Assembly: GCA_022760735.1 (NCBI GenBank)
Contig: JAKELU010000002.1
Coordinates: 139,161-203,160 of the forward strand
Direction of reading: 5' to 3'
DNA: 64,000 nucleotides
DNA from: Firmicutes bacterium FC7
Lineage (GTDB): Bacteria; Bacillota; Clostridia; Tissierellales; Tissierellaceae
The position numbers and the translations under genes were made by a program. The notes under the pieces were generated by a model that saw only the letters and a program-made list of their open reading frames with translations, ran no database searches and was not told the origin of the DNA. This document shows positions 30,361 through 40,288 of the stretch, piece by piece; the stretch's first letter is position 1, and every line of letters starts with the position of its first letter.

Positions 30361-31373
30361 ATGAAGAAACCTCCTACCATAAGAGCTAAGAACGTAACTC
30401 CAAATATTGCACTAAACGCTTTAGCTAATCTTTGATTACTTAGAGGTAGTTCACCATATGACTTTCCCGTCTGTCCATTTACAGCAAATACGTAAGTCTT
30501 GCCATTGTAATTATAAGTAAGGATCCAAGCAGGTAGAAGGGTATAGTTCCATTCTTCTTCCTTTATATCTATTCCTTTATTAATAGTATTTATTCTATCG
30601 TAACCATTTACTAGGCCATTAACTAAATAATCATAATATCTGTTAATCTGATCCTCTATCATCGGTTCAACTTCTTCTTTAGTTATATTATACTGTTCAG
30701 CAAAGAAGCCAGATAGATATGGCATAGAAAAATCAACAGCTTCGTTTTCTCTAAATGGTAATATCCCATTTATGAGACTTTGATTTATCTTAGTAAAGGC
30801 AATTTCTCCAACATTCTTTAAATCAATTTCACCTTTACGAATTATTTGATATTTCTTTGTTTCAGTGTACTCTCTGTCTCCCACTCTCCATACTCTAATA
30901 TTTCTGCCTTCTCCTACATAGTTAATCTGTGCCTTTGTATCTACCCACCAATACGGAAGGTATACCCCAGTAATCTTTTCTAACTGAGAGGAACTCGTAA
31001 AATCTTTTGGAACAAACTTCTTATTTCCAGCCCATTTTAAGAAACTCTCTTGAGCCTTCTTTTTATCAATGGAAAAAGGAATCATCTTTTTAGGCCTAAA
31101 GTCACCCTCTAGCCTTCCTGACAATATAACAGGGTTATGGCAATAATAGCAGAATGTTGCTGTCGTTGTCTCATCTGTAACTACATTTGCCCCACAGCTA
31201 TGGCAGGTATACGATTGAAAATTGGAATGTTCTTTTCCTTCATCAGGATTTTGCTTTTCGAATTCATCCTCTGTATATTCACTTAAACAATAATCGCATT
31301 TAAACTTCTTAAGGGCTGGTTTATAATGAATCCCCGCACCACAGCTCGGGCATTTATATGTTGTTGTAGCCAT
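30354..31373 (-). CDS. zinc-ribbon membrane protein (B. subtilis YdjG-like)
   Basis: Two CxxC pairs, YKCPSCG...CDYC and CHSCG...CYYC. C-terminal TM anchor. Confidence 0.65.
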   Translation of the reverse strand: MATTTYKCPSCGAGIHYKPALKKFKCDYCLSEYTEDEFEKQNPDEGKEHSNFQSYTCHSCGANVVTDETTTATFCYYCHNPVILSGRLEGDFRPKKMIPFSIDKKKAQESFLKWAGNKKFVPKDFTSSSQLEKITGVYLPYWWVDTKAQINYVGEGRNIRVWRVGDREYTETKKYQIIRKGEIDLKNVGEIAFTKINQSLINGILPFRENEAVDFSMPYLSGFFAEQYNITKEEVEPMIEDQINRYYDYLVNGLVNGYDRINTINKGIDIKEEEWNYTLLPAWILTYNYNGKTYVFAVNGQTGKSYGELPLSNQRLAKAFSAIFGVTFLALMVGGFFIW

Positions 31374-31400
31374 TTTTTACCCCCTTTTATTTTGTACTAA

Positions 31401-32600
31401 TTAGAACTTGTGACCACATTCTGGACAGAAATTTGGAGCGTCTCCCTCTACCTTGTACCCACAGTTTGAACAGAAGGCTGGCGCACTTTTCTTAGTTCCA
31501 CATTCTGTACAAAACTTACCTGAATTCTTTGTACCACAATTGCTACAGAACCATGTATTGTTATTAGCCTTATTATCTGATGGAACTTGTTTATTTTGGG
31601 CCTCCATCTGTCTTTGATTTGATTCTGATGCAGCTTGCATAAATCCACCAGTAGCCTGCATACCAAAGCCCATACCCATAAATGCTTGTGTACTTCCAGC
31701 TTCATTTGAACCAGCTGCCTCTAGTCCTCTAGCAATTGAGCCTTGAACATAACCTTCTCTTACAGATGGATCCCCAAGCATTGCACCTTTATTTCTCATA
31801 TTGATTAATTCTTTGGATTCATCATCATAGGAAATACTTGAAATTCCTACAGATTGAATTTCCATTCCCCTTGTCTTTTTCCATTCTTCATCAAGAATAT
31901 CAGCCATGTATTTACTCAATTCTCTGCCCTTGGAAGCAACATGAGAAATTCTAATGCCATCAACTGACATCTGATTGATAGCAGATTGTAGGGCTTCTAA
32001 AAATTCTGATAAGAATTGCTCATTTATATCCTGAATTTCAACCTTAGTTTCATTTCTTGGAATTACTTCAGAATAAAATAGCAGAGGGTCAGTTATCTTT
32101 ATAGAATACGTTCCGTGTGTTCTTAAAAATAACTCTGAATTATAAAAATTGTCAAAGTAATTTAGTGGATTTGGTGTTCCGAATTTAATCCCTTTAATCT
32201 CCTGTAAATTTATATAAAACACCTTTTGGGATGTTGGTGTTACCCCACCATATTTTACTCTTTGAAATGATTCCCTTAACGAGTCTTTAAAACTACCATT
32301 AAACAAGGAAGGTAGTGATGAATTATCAACCTTATAATATCCTTCTTCAGCGGTATAATCCACGACTTTACCACCATCTACCAGCATCATAAACTGATTT
32401 GGATAAACATGTATTATTGAACCGTTAGAAACAGTATCTTCAGTGCCTTTTCTATTAGAGCCTCTCCTATCGTCTTTTCTAACTTTTACTCCTGATGTGA
32501 AAACAGTATTATCTCCCATATCATTTGGTTCAATAACCTCTAACCACTGATCTGCTAAAGAACCGCCTATTGCACTACCAATTGCTTTAGTTAAACCCAT
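31401..32600 (-). CDS. SPFH/band-7 domain protein with C-terminal tandem zinc-ribbons (COG4260, YdjI-like, 'virion core protein-like')
   Basis: The C-terminus has three CxxC-N-CxxC units (FCSNCG...CTECG...CSNCG...CPECG). Confidence 0.65.
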   Translation of the reverse strand: MGLTKAIGSAIGGSLADQWLEVIEPNDMGDNTVFTSGVKVRKDDRRGSNRKGTEDTVSNGSIIHVYPNQFMMLVDGGKVVDYTAEEGYYKVDNSSLPSLFNGSFKDSLRESFQRVKYGGVTPTSQKVFYINLQEIKGIKFGTPNPLNYFDNFYNSELFLRTHGTYSIKITDPLLFYSEVIPRNETKVEIQDINEQFLSEFLEALQSAINQMSVDGIRISHVASKGRELSKYMADILDEEWKKTRGMEIQSVGISSISYDDESKELINMRNKGAMLGDPSVREGYVQGSIARGLEAAGSNEAGSTQAFMGMGFGMQATGGFMQAASESNQRQMEAQNKQVPSDNKANNNTWFCSNCGTKNSGKFCTECGTKKSAPAFCSNCGYKVEGDAPNFCPECGHKF

Positions 32601-32806
32601 ATTTTCGCCTCCTTAAAATACACATGTTTCCCATGTAATTATGTTTATACCCATATTTATTCTTATCTACATTGAGTCTATTCACCTAATTTTACCACAA
32701 TACATATTAAGGTTCTATTTATTTATAGTCCTTAGAAAAAATTTTATATAAATATAAAATACATAAAATAATTAAAAGCCTATCACTTTTGACAGGCTTC
32801 ATAATA

Positions 32807-32935
32807 TTATTGTTCATTCTCTTTAGTTATATTTAATAATAAGCTTACAACTGCATAAATAGCTATAATTACAACAAATATTGCTAACATTCCCTTTCCC
32901 ATTAACTCTAGGGAACTATAGAAGTTACTATTCAT
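32807..32935 (-). CDS. OadG-like small membrane subunit of a Na+-translocating decarboxylase, 42 aa
   Basis: AGGAGG lies 7 nt upstream of the ATG. The product MNSNFYSSLELMGKGMLAIFVVIIAIYAVVSLL... resembles the N-terminal TM of OadG/GcdD. Not in the ORF track. Confidence 0.45.
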   Translation of the reverse strand: MNSNFYSSLELMGKGMLAIFVVIIAIYAVVSLLLNITKENEQ

Positions 32936-32946
32936 ATTCATTCCTC

Positions 32947-34086
32947 CTATAAAAGTTTAGGGATTAAATTTATAATAACCCCACCAGCTATAACAGATGC
33001 AATTTGTCCAGATACATTTGCTCCTATCGCATGCATAAGTAAATGGTTTTGATTGTCTTCCTGTAAGCCCATTTTTTGTATAACACGAGCTGACATTGGG
33101 AATGCAGAAATACCAGCTGCTCCTACCATTGGATTAACCTTTTCTTTGCTAAATAAGTTTAAAAATTTTGCAAACATTACGCCAGCTATTGTATCAAAGA
33201 CAAAGGCTAATAGCCCTAATCCCATAATCAGGAATGTTTCTAAGGTTACAAATTTATCAGCCTGCATACTAGCTGAAATCGTTATCCCAAGTAATAGTGT
33301 AATAAGGTTTGCCAAAGCGTTTTGAGCCGTCTCTGATAAGGAATTTAAAACTCCACATTCTCTAATTAAGTTACCAAACATTAAGAATCCTACTAAAGCA
33401 ATTGACGCTGGAGCTACTAATCCCGCTATGATAGTTACTACTATTGGGAATAAAATCTTTGTCGTCTTTGAAACACTCTTTGGATTATATTTCATTCTAA
33501 TAGCTCTTTCTTTTTTAGTAGTACACATTCTTATGGCAAATGGTTGAATAATAGGTACTAAGGCCATATATGAATACGCTGCAACTGCTATTGGTCCAAT
33601 GTAATTGCTACCTAACACATGAGATACAAGAATTGAAGTAGGACCATCAGCAGCACCTATTATTCCAATCGACGCAGCATCTGTTAAACTAAATCCCAGT
33701 AGTGTAGCTACTGTAATTGTGGCAAATATACCAAATTGAGCAGCTGCTCCAAATAATAGCAGTCTTGGATTTGCTAAAAGTGGTCCGAAATCTATCATTG
33801 CACCAATACCAATGAATAGCAAAATTGGCATTGCTTCTGATGCTTCTATACCCACTCTAAACAACCAATCTATAATTCCTTGTACTTCACCTATCCCAGT
33901 TAAAGTCTGATCTAGTACCCCAGAGAAAGGAATATTCACTAATATAGCTCCAAATCCCATTGGTAATAAAAGTGCTGGTTCTAGATTCTTTCTTATAGCA
34001 AGGTAAATTAACGTACCACCTATGATATACATCAGAACCTGTTGCCAAGTAATTGATATAAAGCCTTCAATTAAGAAATCCATATG
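32947..34086 (-). CDS. Na+-transporting oxaloacetate/methylmalonyl-CoA/glutaconyl-CoA decarboxylase beta subunit
   Basis: OadB-like polytopic protein. The start is set to MDFLIEG because AGGAGG lies 6 nt upstream. The track ORF begins 23 codons earlier. Confidence 0.8.
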   Translation of the reverse strand, partial: HMDFLIEGFISITWQQVLMYIIGGTLIYLAIRKNLEPALLLPMGFGAILVNIPFSGVLDQTLTGIGEVQGIIDWLFRVGIEASEAMPILLFIGIGAMIDFGPLLANPRLLLFGAAAQFGIFATITVATLLGFSLTDAASIGIIGAADGPTSILVSHVLGSNYIGPIAVAAYSYMALVPIIQPFAIRMCTTKKERAIRMKYNPKSVSKTTKILFPIVVTIIAGLVAPASIALVGFLMFGNLIRECGVLNSLSETAQNALANLITLLLGITISASMQADKFVTLETFLIMGLGLLAFVFDTIAGVMFAKFLNLFSKEKVNPMVGAAGISAFPMSARVIQKMGLQEDNQNHLLMHAIGANVSGQIASVIAGGVIINLIPKLL

Positions 34087-34168
34087 GCACCTCCTAATTA
34101 GCGAAATAAAAAACTTCTCTTTACTATATATTACCATATGGATTATGCTAGTCATATAATTTTTATAA

Positions 34169-34963
34169 TTAATTTAAACTCTTATATCTTTCGATATTCT
34201 CATCAGATAAAAACTCATATGCCTCATTTATTTCTTGGAATTTCTTAGTGGCATCTGGGGATTTATTTATATCAGGATGGTATTCCTTAGCTTTTTTTCT
34301 ATATGATAATTTAATTTGATATTTATCAGCATTATAGTCAACACCAAGTACGTCACAATATTTTTCATATTTATTTTTGAAATCTACTGTTGGATTTGAG
34401 TAGGCTTGCCCACCATAGTGACCACCATATCCTGTATTTTGACCATATTCCCAATAGCCACCATTAAATCCTCTGTATTGAGAATTTTGATATTCATACC
34501 ATTGTTTAAAACGCTCTTCCCATTCTCTTTGTTGCTCTTCCTGTCTTCTTTGTTGTTCCCTTCTAAGCCTTTCTTCTTCCATTTTCCTGTACTTTCTTCC
34601 ATAGTCATTAATTGTCTTAGAAGTTTTTCTACCTTTAATTAAATTTTCTGAGTAATCAAATAGGTATTCTGTAATCATATATTTTACATACTTTAGCCAT
34701 GATATAAACTTTGTTCCTAAAATCGGGAATACTACAAAGAACATAATCAAAAGTAGTGTTACAGGATTAAGCAATAAGGCAATTCCAAAGGGCCCCATAA
34801 GTATTAAAAATAAACAGCCCCCTGCGCCAATTAATGCCGCTAGACCTCTGGCTACACTGGATACTAGGGAAACAGTAACATCGACTAGGTTAATAAAGAC
34901 ATCTAGTATAAAGGATATAAATTCAGTTATTTTATATAAAACTTTTCCAAATACTTTTTTCAT
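34169..34963 (-). CDS. membrane protein with a C-terminal J (DnaJ) domain
   Basis: Three or four N-terminal TM helices, a charged Arg/Glu/Gln-rich linker, a Gly/Tyr-rich segment, then a J domain with HPD ([32 protein letters not shown]). Confidence 0.65.
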   Translation of the reverse strand: MKKVFGKVLYKITEFISFILDVFINLVDVTVSLVSSVARGLAALIGAGGCLFLILMGPFGIALLLNPVTLLLIMFFVVFPILGTKFISWLKYVKYMITEYLFDYSENLIKGRKTSKTINDYGRKYRKMEEERLRREQQRRQEEQQREWEERFKQWYEYQNSQYRGFNGGYWEYGQNTGYGGHYGGQAYSNPTVDFKNKYEKYCDVLGVDYNADKYQIKLSYRKKAKEYHPDINKSPDATKKFQEINEAYEFLSDENIERYKSLN

Positions 34964-35089
34964 TAAATAAAAAGCACCTCTTTATTCTCTATATAAATGA
35001 AGTCTATCACTCTTATATTAAGAGAATATTACATTTATATTCTCTTTGCAAATATTTTATGGGCATAATTGCTTCTTTTTGCGTTTGAC

Positions 35090-35126
35090 CTACATCAATT
35101 CACTAGCGCTCATTGTGTTAGGTCAT
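35090..35126 (-). repeat. copy B of a ~37-nt conserved block (ATGACCTAAYACAATGAG...AATTG.TGTAG on the minus strand) immediately after a terminator
   Basis: Matches the block at 37655..37691 at about 31 of 37 positions, in the same orientation. Confidence 0.5.
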
Positions 35127-35164
35127 AAAAAGTCCCAAGTAATTAAATTGTTCATACTTGGGAC
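35125..35164 (-). terminator. intrinsic terminator of the amino acid ABC operon
   Basis: 10-bp stem GTCCCAAGTA/TACTTGGGAC with a 13-nt loop, then UUUUUAU. Confidence 0.65.
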
Positions 35165-35185
35165 CAGTTTTATGTCACATATATT

Positions 35186-35926
35186 TTATACTTCTTTAAG
35201 AATACGATATAAAAATTCCTTTGTTCTTTCCTGTTTAGGAGAGTTAAAAATTTCCTCTGGGGTTCCTTCTTCTGCAATTACTCCCTTATCCATAAAGATG
35301 ACTCTATCAGAAACTTCTTTAGCAAAGCCCATCTCATGGGTTACTACTATCATTGTTAGTCCTGATTCCGCCAACTCCTTCATTACCTTTAATACCTCTC
35401 CAACCATTTCTGGATCCAGTGCAGATGTTGGCTCATCAAATAGCATTACATCTGGCTCCATAGAAAGTGCTCTAGCAATGGCTACACGTTGCTTTTGTCC
35501 ACCGGATAATTGTTTTGGTTTAGCATGTATATACTTTTCCATTCCAACATTCTTTAAGTACTTTAAAGCAATTTCTTCAGCTTCTTCCTTGCTTCTCTTT
35601 AGAACCTTTATTTGACCTACTGTACAATTGCTTAGTACGTCATGATTATTAAAGAGGTTAAATTGTTGAAATACCATACCCAACTTAGTTCTATAAGCAT
35701 AGATATCATGGGCATGATCCAAAATGTTTTTACCGTTATATATTATCTTTCCACTGGTTGGCTTTTCCAATAGATTTATACATCGAAGCAAGGTTGATTT
35801 TCCTGAACCAGAAGAACCTATTATGGATACTACTTCACCCTTGTTAACAGAAAAATCTATATCTTTTAATACCTCATTCGTACCAAAGGTCTTACTTAAG
35901 TGTTGTACATCAATAACTCTTTCCAT
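35186..35926 (-). CDS. polar amino acid ABC transporter ATP-binding protein (GlnQ/ArtP family)
   Basis: [24 protein letters not shown] and [11 protein letters not shown] motifs. Confidence 0.85.
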   Translation of the reverse strand: MERVIDVQHLSKTFGTNEVLKDIDFSVNKGEVVSIIGSSGSGKSTLLRCINLLEKPTSGKIIYNGKNILDHAHDIYAYRTKLGMVFQQFNLFNNHDVLSNCTVGQIKVLKRSKEEAEEIALKYLKNVGMEKYIHAKPKQLSGGQKQRVAIARALSMEPDVMLFDEPTSALDPEMVGEVLKVMKELAESGLTMIVVTHEMGFAKEVSDRVIFMDKGVIAEEGTPEEIFNSPKQERTKEFLYRILKEV

Positions 35927-35938
35927 AATTTCCCTCCT

Positions 35939-36706
35939 CTATTGCCCTTGCTTTTTACGAACAATATCTTCTGGTCTTTCAACCTGCATCTGATTGCCAG
36001 CCATAATGAAATTTGCTGGTCCATCCATTCTTCTCTCAATTGAGCGCAATATCCTAGTAATTGTAATTGTCATTATTAAATATATAATACTTGTAATGAA
36101 GTAAGGCTCAAAGAACTTAAATGTAGCCCCTGCAATTGACTTAGTTTGGAAGAATAATTCCGTTACTGAAATTACGTTTAATACAGATGTATCCTTAACA
36201 TTTATAACAAATTCATTTCCTGTTGCAGGTAAAATGTTTCTAATAACCTGTGGCATTACTACGTTGGTCATAGTTTGCAAATGAGTCATACCTATTGCTT
36301 GAGCAGCCTCAAACTGTCCTTTATCAATGGACACTATACCTCCACGAACTATTTCTGACATATATGCACCAGTGTTTATAGAAACTATTAACAGTGCTGC
36401 AAACACTCTGTTCATCTGAACTCCAAAGGCTTGAGCTGTACCATAAAATATAACCATGGACTGAACTATCATTGGTGTTCCACGGAAAAACTCTATATAA
36501 ATAGATAGTATTTTATTAATTACTAATAACAATGTCCTTTTAGGTCCTCTTTCAGGTATAGGAATAGTACGGATTATTCCTACACACAATCCAATTATTA
36601 AACCTACTATAGTTCCTATAATAGATATAAATAAGGTCATACCAGCACCACGTAAAAACATAGGCCAATTATTCAAAAATATATCAACAATGGTTTTAAA
36701 ACTCAT
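35939..36706 (-). CDS. polar amino acid ABC transporter permease (HisM/GlnP family)
   Basis: Permease with an EAA-type loop. Confidence 0.8.
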   Translation of the reverse strand: MSFKTIVDIFLNNWPMFLRGAGMTLFISIIGTIVGLIIGLCVGIIRTIPIPERGPKRTLLLVINKILSIYIEFFRGTPMIVQSMVIFYGTAQAFGVQMNRVFAALLIVSINTGAYMSEIVRGGIVSIDKGQFEAAQAIGMTHLQTMTNVVMPQVIRNILPATGNEFVINVKDTSVLNVISVTELFFQTKSIAGATFKFFEPYFITSIIYLIMTITITRILRSIERRMDGPANFIMAGNQMQVERPEDIVRKKQGQ

Positions 36707-36775
36707 TTAAACCCTCCTTATAAACATGCCGAAACTGACTACTAATGGTAGCCAGTTTCCAAGATTTTCAACTTG

Positions 36776-37624
36776 TTATTGTGCTGCTGGTTGATTAAGT
36801 ATTGCAGCATCCATTATTTCCTGACGTTCTTCCTCTGAAATTCCTGCTAGTATTTCATTTATTTTTTCTGTTAGGTCACTACCCTTTGCTAAACCTACTG
36901 CTATAGCTGTATCATCTGGTGATGTTACAAATCCATCTTCAAATTCTACAAATGCAAAGTTTTCATTTGCTGCTGTAGCACTTACTGCTTCTGGACGCTC
37001 TGATACATATCCATCAATAATACCTGATTCTAAGGCTACTCTCATAGCTGGGAAATTATCCATTGCAGTTTCTTTAATTACACCCTCTATTTGGTCTATT
37101 ACAGTATAATGGAATGTATTTAACTGAGCAGTTATCTTTGCTCCCTTAAAATCTTGAATTGATGTTGCATTTTCATATGCTCCACCTTTTTTAACTACCA
37201 TTACCAAATCAGATGTATAATAATTATCTGAGAAATCTATTGATTTCATACGCTCTTCAGTAGGTGACATACCAGCTACAATTGCATCTATCATACCCGA
37301 TGTTAATGCAGGTAATAATCCATCCCACTCAGTTTTAACTATAACTAATTCCTTTCCTAATCCTTCTGCAATTCTCTTTGCAATTTCAACATCATATCCA
37401 CCTGCATATTCTGCAGAACCACTTATTTTAACAGCACCATTTGAATCATCCATTTGAGTCCAGTTAAATGGTGGATATCCAGCTTCCATTCCAACTACAA
37501 AAGTATCCTCTCCTGCAGGTGTTTCTGAACCACTTCCTGCTGAATTAGTTGATGATGAACACCCTGTTAACACCGATACTACTAATAATGATATTATCAA
37601 TAAAAACGATAATCTTCTTCTCAT
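36776..37624 (-). CDS. polar amino acid ABC substrate-binding lipoprotein; by its riboswitch, probably lysine/basic amino acid
   Basis: Lipobox VLTGCSSS and a type II periplasmic binding fold. Confidence 0.8.
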   Translation of the reverse strand: MRRRLSFLLIISLLVVSVLTGCSSSTNSAGSGSETPAGEDTFVVGMEAGYPPFNWTQMDDSNGAVKISGSAEYAGGYDVEIAKRIAEGLGKELVIVKTEWDGLLPALTSGMIDAIVAGMSPTEERMKSIDFSDNYYTSDLVMVVKKGGAYENATSIQDFKGAKITAQLNTFHYTVIDQIEGVIKETAMDNFPAMRVALESGIIDGYVSERPEAVSATAANENFAFVEFEDGFVTSPDDTAIAVGLAKGSDLTEKINEILAGISEEERQEIMDAAILNQPAAQ

Positions 37625-37654
37625 TTATAATTTCCTCCTTTAAAATATTTATTA

Positions 37655-37691
37655 CTACAACAATTTGCTATCACTCATTGTATTAGGTCAT
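37655..37691 (-). repeat. copy A of the ~37-nt conserved block, between the riboswitch terminator and the SBP start codon
   Basis: Paired with 35090..35126. Confidence 0.5.
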
Positions 37692-37950
37692 AAAAAAACA
37701 CCTAACGATTGTCAGGTGTGTATTTGCATATAGCAATGCTAAGACAATCCTCTCCCCTTTCTTGCTCAGTGTGAGATAGCACAACATCAAAGTATCGAGC
37801 CAATACTATGATGACAGTCCTATACCTATTCGATATAGTCCCAGCAACAGACTTTGGTGTCTGAAGCTTCGGCGATTGCTCCTTTTACTATACTTCATTG
37901 GATTCCGTCCTCCATATAGCTACTCATAGAAACCGCGCCTCTACCTCACC
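37692..37950 (-). promoter_or_regulatory. lysine riboswitch (L-box) with an intrinsic terminator expression platform
   Basis: The minus transcript aligns by eye block by block to the B. subtilis lysC L-box. Examples: GGUGAGGUAGAGGCGCG, UGGAGGACGGAAUCC, AAAAGGAGCAAUCGCCGAAGC, UUGCUGGG, GGACUGUCA and GCUAUCUC. The terminator ACACCU-GACAAUCGUU-AGGUGU is followed by U8. Confidence 0.8.
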
Positions 37951-38018
37951 CAGTAGGATGAGGATTTTTTATTCAATTTTTACGAAATTAATAAATAAAC
38001 CACCGTAAAATTGTATTA

Positions 38019-38047
38019 ATGATATCATGAGAATTTATATTTGTCAA
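38019..38047 (-). promoter_or_regulatory. promoter of the L-box leader (TTGACA, 17 nt, TATCAT)
   Basis: Read on the minus strand. Confidence 0.5.
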
Positions 38048-38105
38048 CACTAATTTAAAAATTTTATTAACTTTTTTAAATCCTCGATATCTTTTAACTT
38101 AAATA

Positions 38106-40004
38106 CTAATCTATCAAATTCCTTTTATAAACAGCATACAGCCTTCTTAATTCATCTAATTTTTCATATATTGTCTTTTGCAAATCAGATACCTTTTTAT
38201 AATCTTTTTTATCAATTGCTTCTCTAATTTGAGTGAATAAGCTTACCTTAGCAAAACTATCTTTCATAAGCTCGATTCTTAGGTCATTGATTTTCATCCA
38301 ATTTGATATATCTAAATCCGATGCTGTTTGAGAATCGTGTAATGCCTTTGTCTTTATTATTTCTTCAGCAAATGCTGGTAAAATTCTGTGTTCAATTTCG
38401 GTTAACCATTTATTTAATAATGCTGTCTTATAGCTTGTTAGAAGTTTTTCACTAAATACATTTCCTTTAATCAATACTTCAACTTTATCCTTATATTCAT
38501 CTAGAGCAATTACATTTTCATATACAGTAGCAGGAACTTTCCCAAAATATCTTTCTCTTTCCTCATCAGTAAAATCATCAAATATATTATCCTCACTTCT
38601 ATAAGCTCTATCTTTTTCAAGATAATCAGCATCTTCCCCAGGCTTCTTGGATATTTCAGCTAATAAATCTTCCTCCGTTTTATTATTCGCTAAAGCATAC
38701 TCAATTCCATCAACCATAGTTAATAGCAATGTAGCAATGCATAAATAGGTGTTAGTATGAGGATTTGGAGATCTTAATTCAAATCTTGTAGCTAGTGGAT
38801 TATACTCATCTCTAATAAGGCCTATTAAAATTGTCCTATTTCTAGAAGGTACTTTTGGAGAACGACCTAAGGATGCAACTATACAAATAGGCGCCTCAAA
38901 TCCTTTCTTAAGTCTCTTAAAGGCTTCATTAGATGACGTTACAAAAGGATTTATAACTTCATAGTTCTTCAAAATCCCCATTAAAGAACCAAATCCTATT
39001 ACGCTCATAAAGTTATCCTTACAGGAATGGAAAAGGTTGATTAATTTCCCAGACTTAAGCTTTGCTGCTATTCCTATATGTGTATGCTCTCCGCTACCGG
39101 CAACACCAGGTATAGGCTTAGCTAAAAAAGTAACATCCATACCATTTCTTCTAAATACTTCTTTTATTATACGCTTTACGAAGAGTTCATTATCTGCCGC
39201 TTGAATAGCACTTGAATACTTCCAATCAATTTCCAATTGTTCCATTATACCTGTAAATGAACCATCTGTCTCTAATCTAGCCTTTACTCCTCCAACTTCT
39301 TTATGTCCCATCTCAGGCTTAAATCCATAGCGGTCCATTAAAACCAGCGTTTGCTCCATGGCAGTTCTAACAGCACCTCTCACCTTTGCCCAATATTGTT
39401 CATGTAATTCCTGAGATGTACTTAACTCCTCAATATCTCTTTTATCATTTGGCGTCATTACCCAAAATTCTAATTCTGTTGCTGCAGTAATTTGAACTTT
39501 CTCAATATCATCAATGTCGCAACCATAATCCTTTAAGACATGAGGATAATTCCCTATTAAATCAGTAAGTTTTTCCTCAAAGTACTTCGTAGCATTTAAT
39601 AGAATGCTTCTGGAATCAACTGCTACTCCTTCATGATACAAATAGCATGGCATGATTATAGTTCCTACTGGCAATCCAGTTTCTCCATCTATATAATCGA
39701 AATTATAATCAACAAACCAATTCCTTTCTACGTCAACTTTCATATCTATTTTGGCATTATCAAGGGTGGCTATGGTTGGAAGGTAAACAGATGAACCATC
39801 AGTCTGAACAGCCATACCATTTAAAAAAGAATCCATATCTTCTAGGAATACCTTTACTGGTATTTTTTCTTCAGTCTCATGACCTATCAAGTCTACACCA
39901 GATAGTGACACAAATTTTATTTCACTATGCTCCCTTAGCAATTTAGTTAAATCATCTTTATTGTGACTATCTTTACCTATTACATACACTAAGTTTTGGT
40001 TCAT
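38106..40004 (-). CDS. glutamine synthetase, type III (GSIII)
   Basis: 632 aa. The GS catalytic region ...AKPIPGVAGSGEHTHIGIA... with the GSIII-type N-terminus. SD AAAGGAA. Confidence 0.75.
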   Translation of the reverse strand: MNQNLVYVIGKDSHNKDDLTKLLREHSEIKFVSLSGVDLIGHETEEKIPVKVFLEDMDSFLNGMAVQTDGSSVYLPTIATLDNAKIDMKVDVERNWFVDYNFDYIDGETGLPVGTIIMPCYLYHEGVAVDSRSILLNATKYFEEKLTDLIGNYPHVLKDYGCDIDDIEKVQITAATELEFWVMTPNDKRDIEELSTSQELHEQYWAKVRGAVRTAMEQTLVLMDRYGFKPEMGHKEVGGVKARLETDGSFTGIMEQLEIDWKYSSAIQAADNELFVKRIIKEVFRRNGMDVTFLAKPIPGVAGSGEHTHIGIAAKLKSGKLINLFHSCKDNFMSVIGFGSLMGILKNYEVINPFVTSSNEAFKRLKKGFEAPICIVASLGRSPKVPSRNRTILIGLIRDEYNPLATRFELRSPNPHTNTYLCIATLLLTMVDGIEYALANNKTEEDLLAEISKKPGEDADYLEKDRAYRSEDNIFDDFTDEERERYFGKVPATVYENVIALDEYKDKVEVLIKGNVFSEKLLTSYKTALLNKWLTEIEHRILPAFAEEIIKTKALHDSQTASDLDISNWMKINDLRIELMKDSFAKVSLFTQIREAIDKKDYKKVSDLQKTIYEKLDELRRLYAVYKRNLID

Positions 40005-40040
40005 CGTTTTTCATTCCTTTCAAAAAATATTTTCTTCTAA

Positions 40041-40066
40041 AATAATATAGTCTAATAATATAGTCT
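40041..40066. repeat. perfect 13-bp tandem duplication AATAATATAGTCT x2 in the GSIII 5' region
   Basis: Lies 37-62 nt upstream of the glutamine synthetase start codon. Confidence 0.6.
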
Positions 40067-40288
40067 GATGTCTTTCAAGTCAAATATTTTTTTGAAAATT
40101 TTACATTAAATGTTTATTAATCAAGGACAAGTCTACTCATACTTTCTATAGAATTTCATATATTTATTAATAAATTGTTTATATGACAAATATTAACTTT
40201 TATGCTATCATTACTTGTAAGATATTATGCACTCATTAATTATTTAAAATTAATTATTTAAATTTAAGTATTAGAAAGGAATTTATAT

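Noticed and set aside
35046-35615. 189-aa plus-strand ORF
   Set aside because: It overlaps the amino acid ABC ATPase on the opposite strand. Its 5' part covers the terminator and repeat block. No support.
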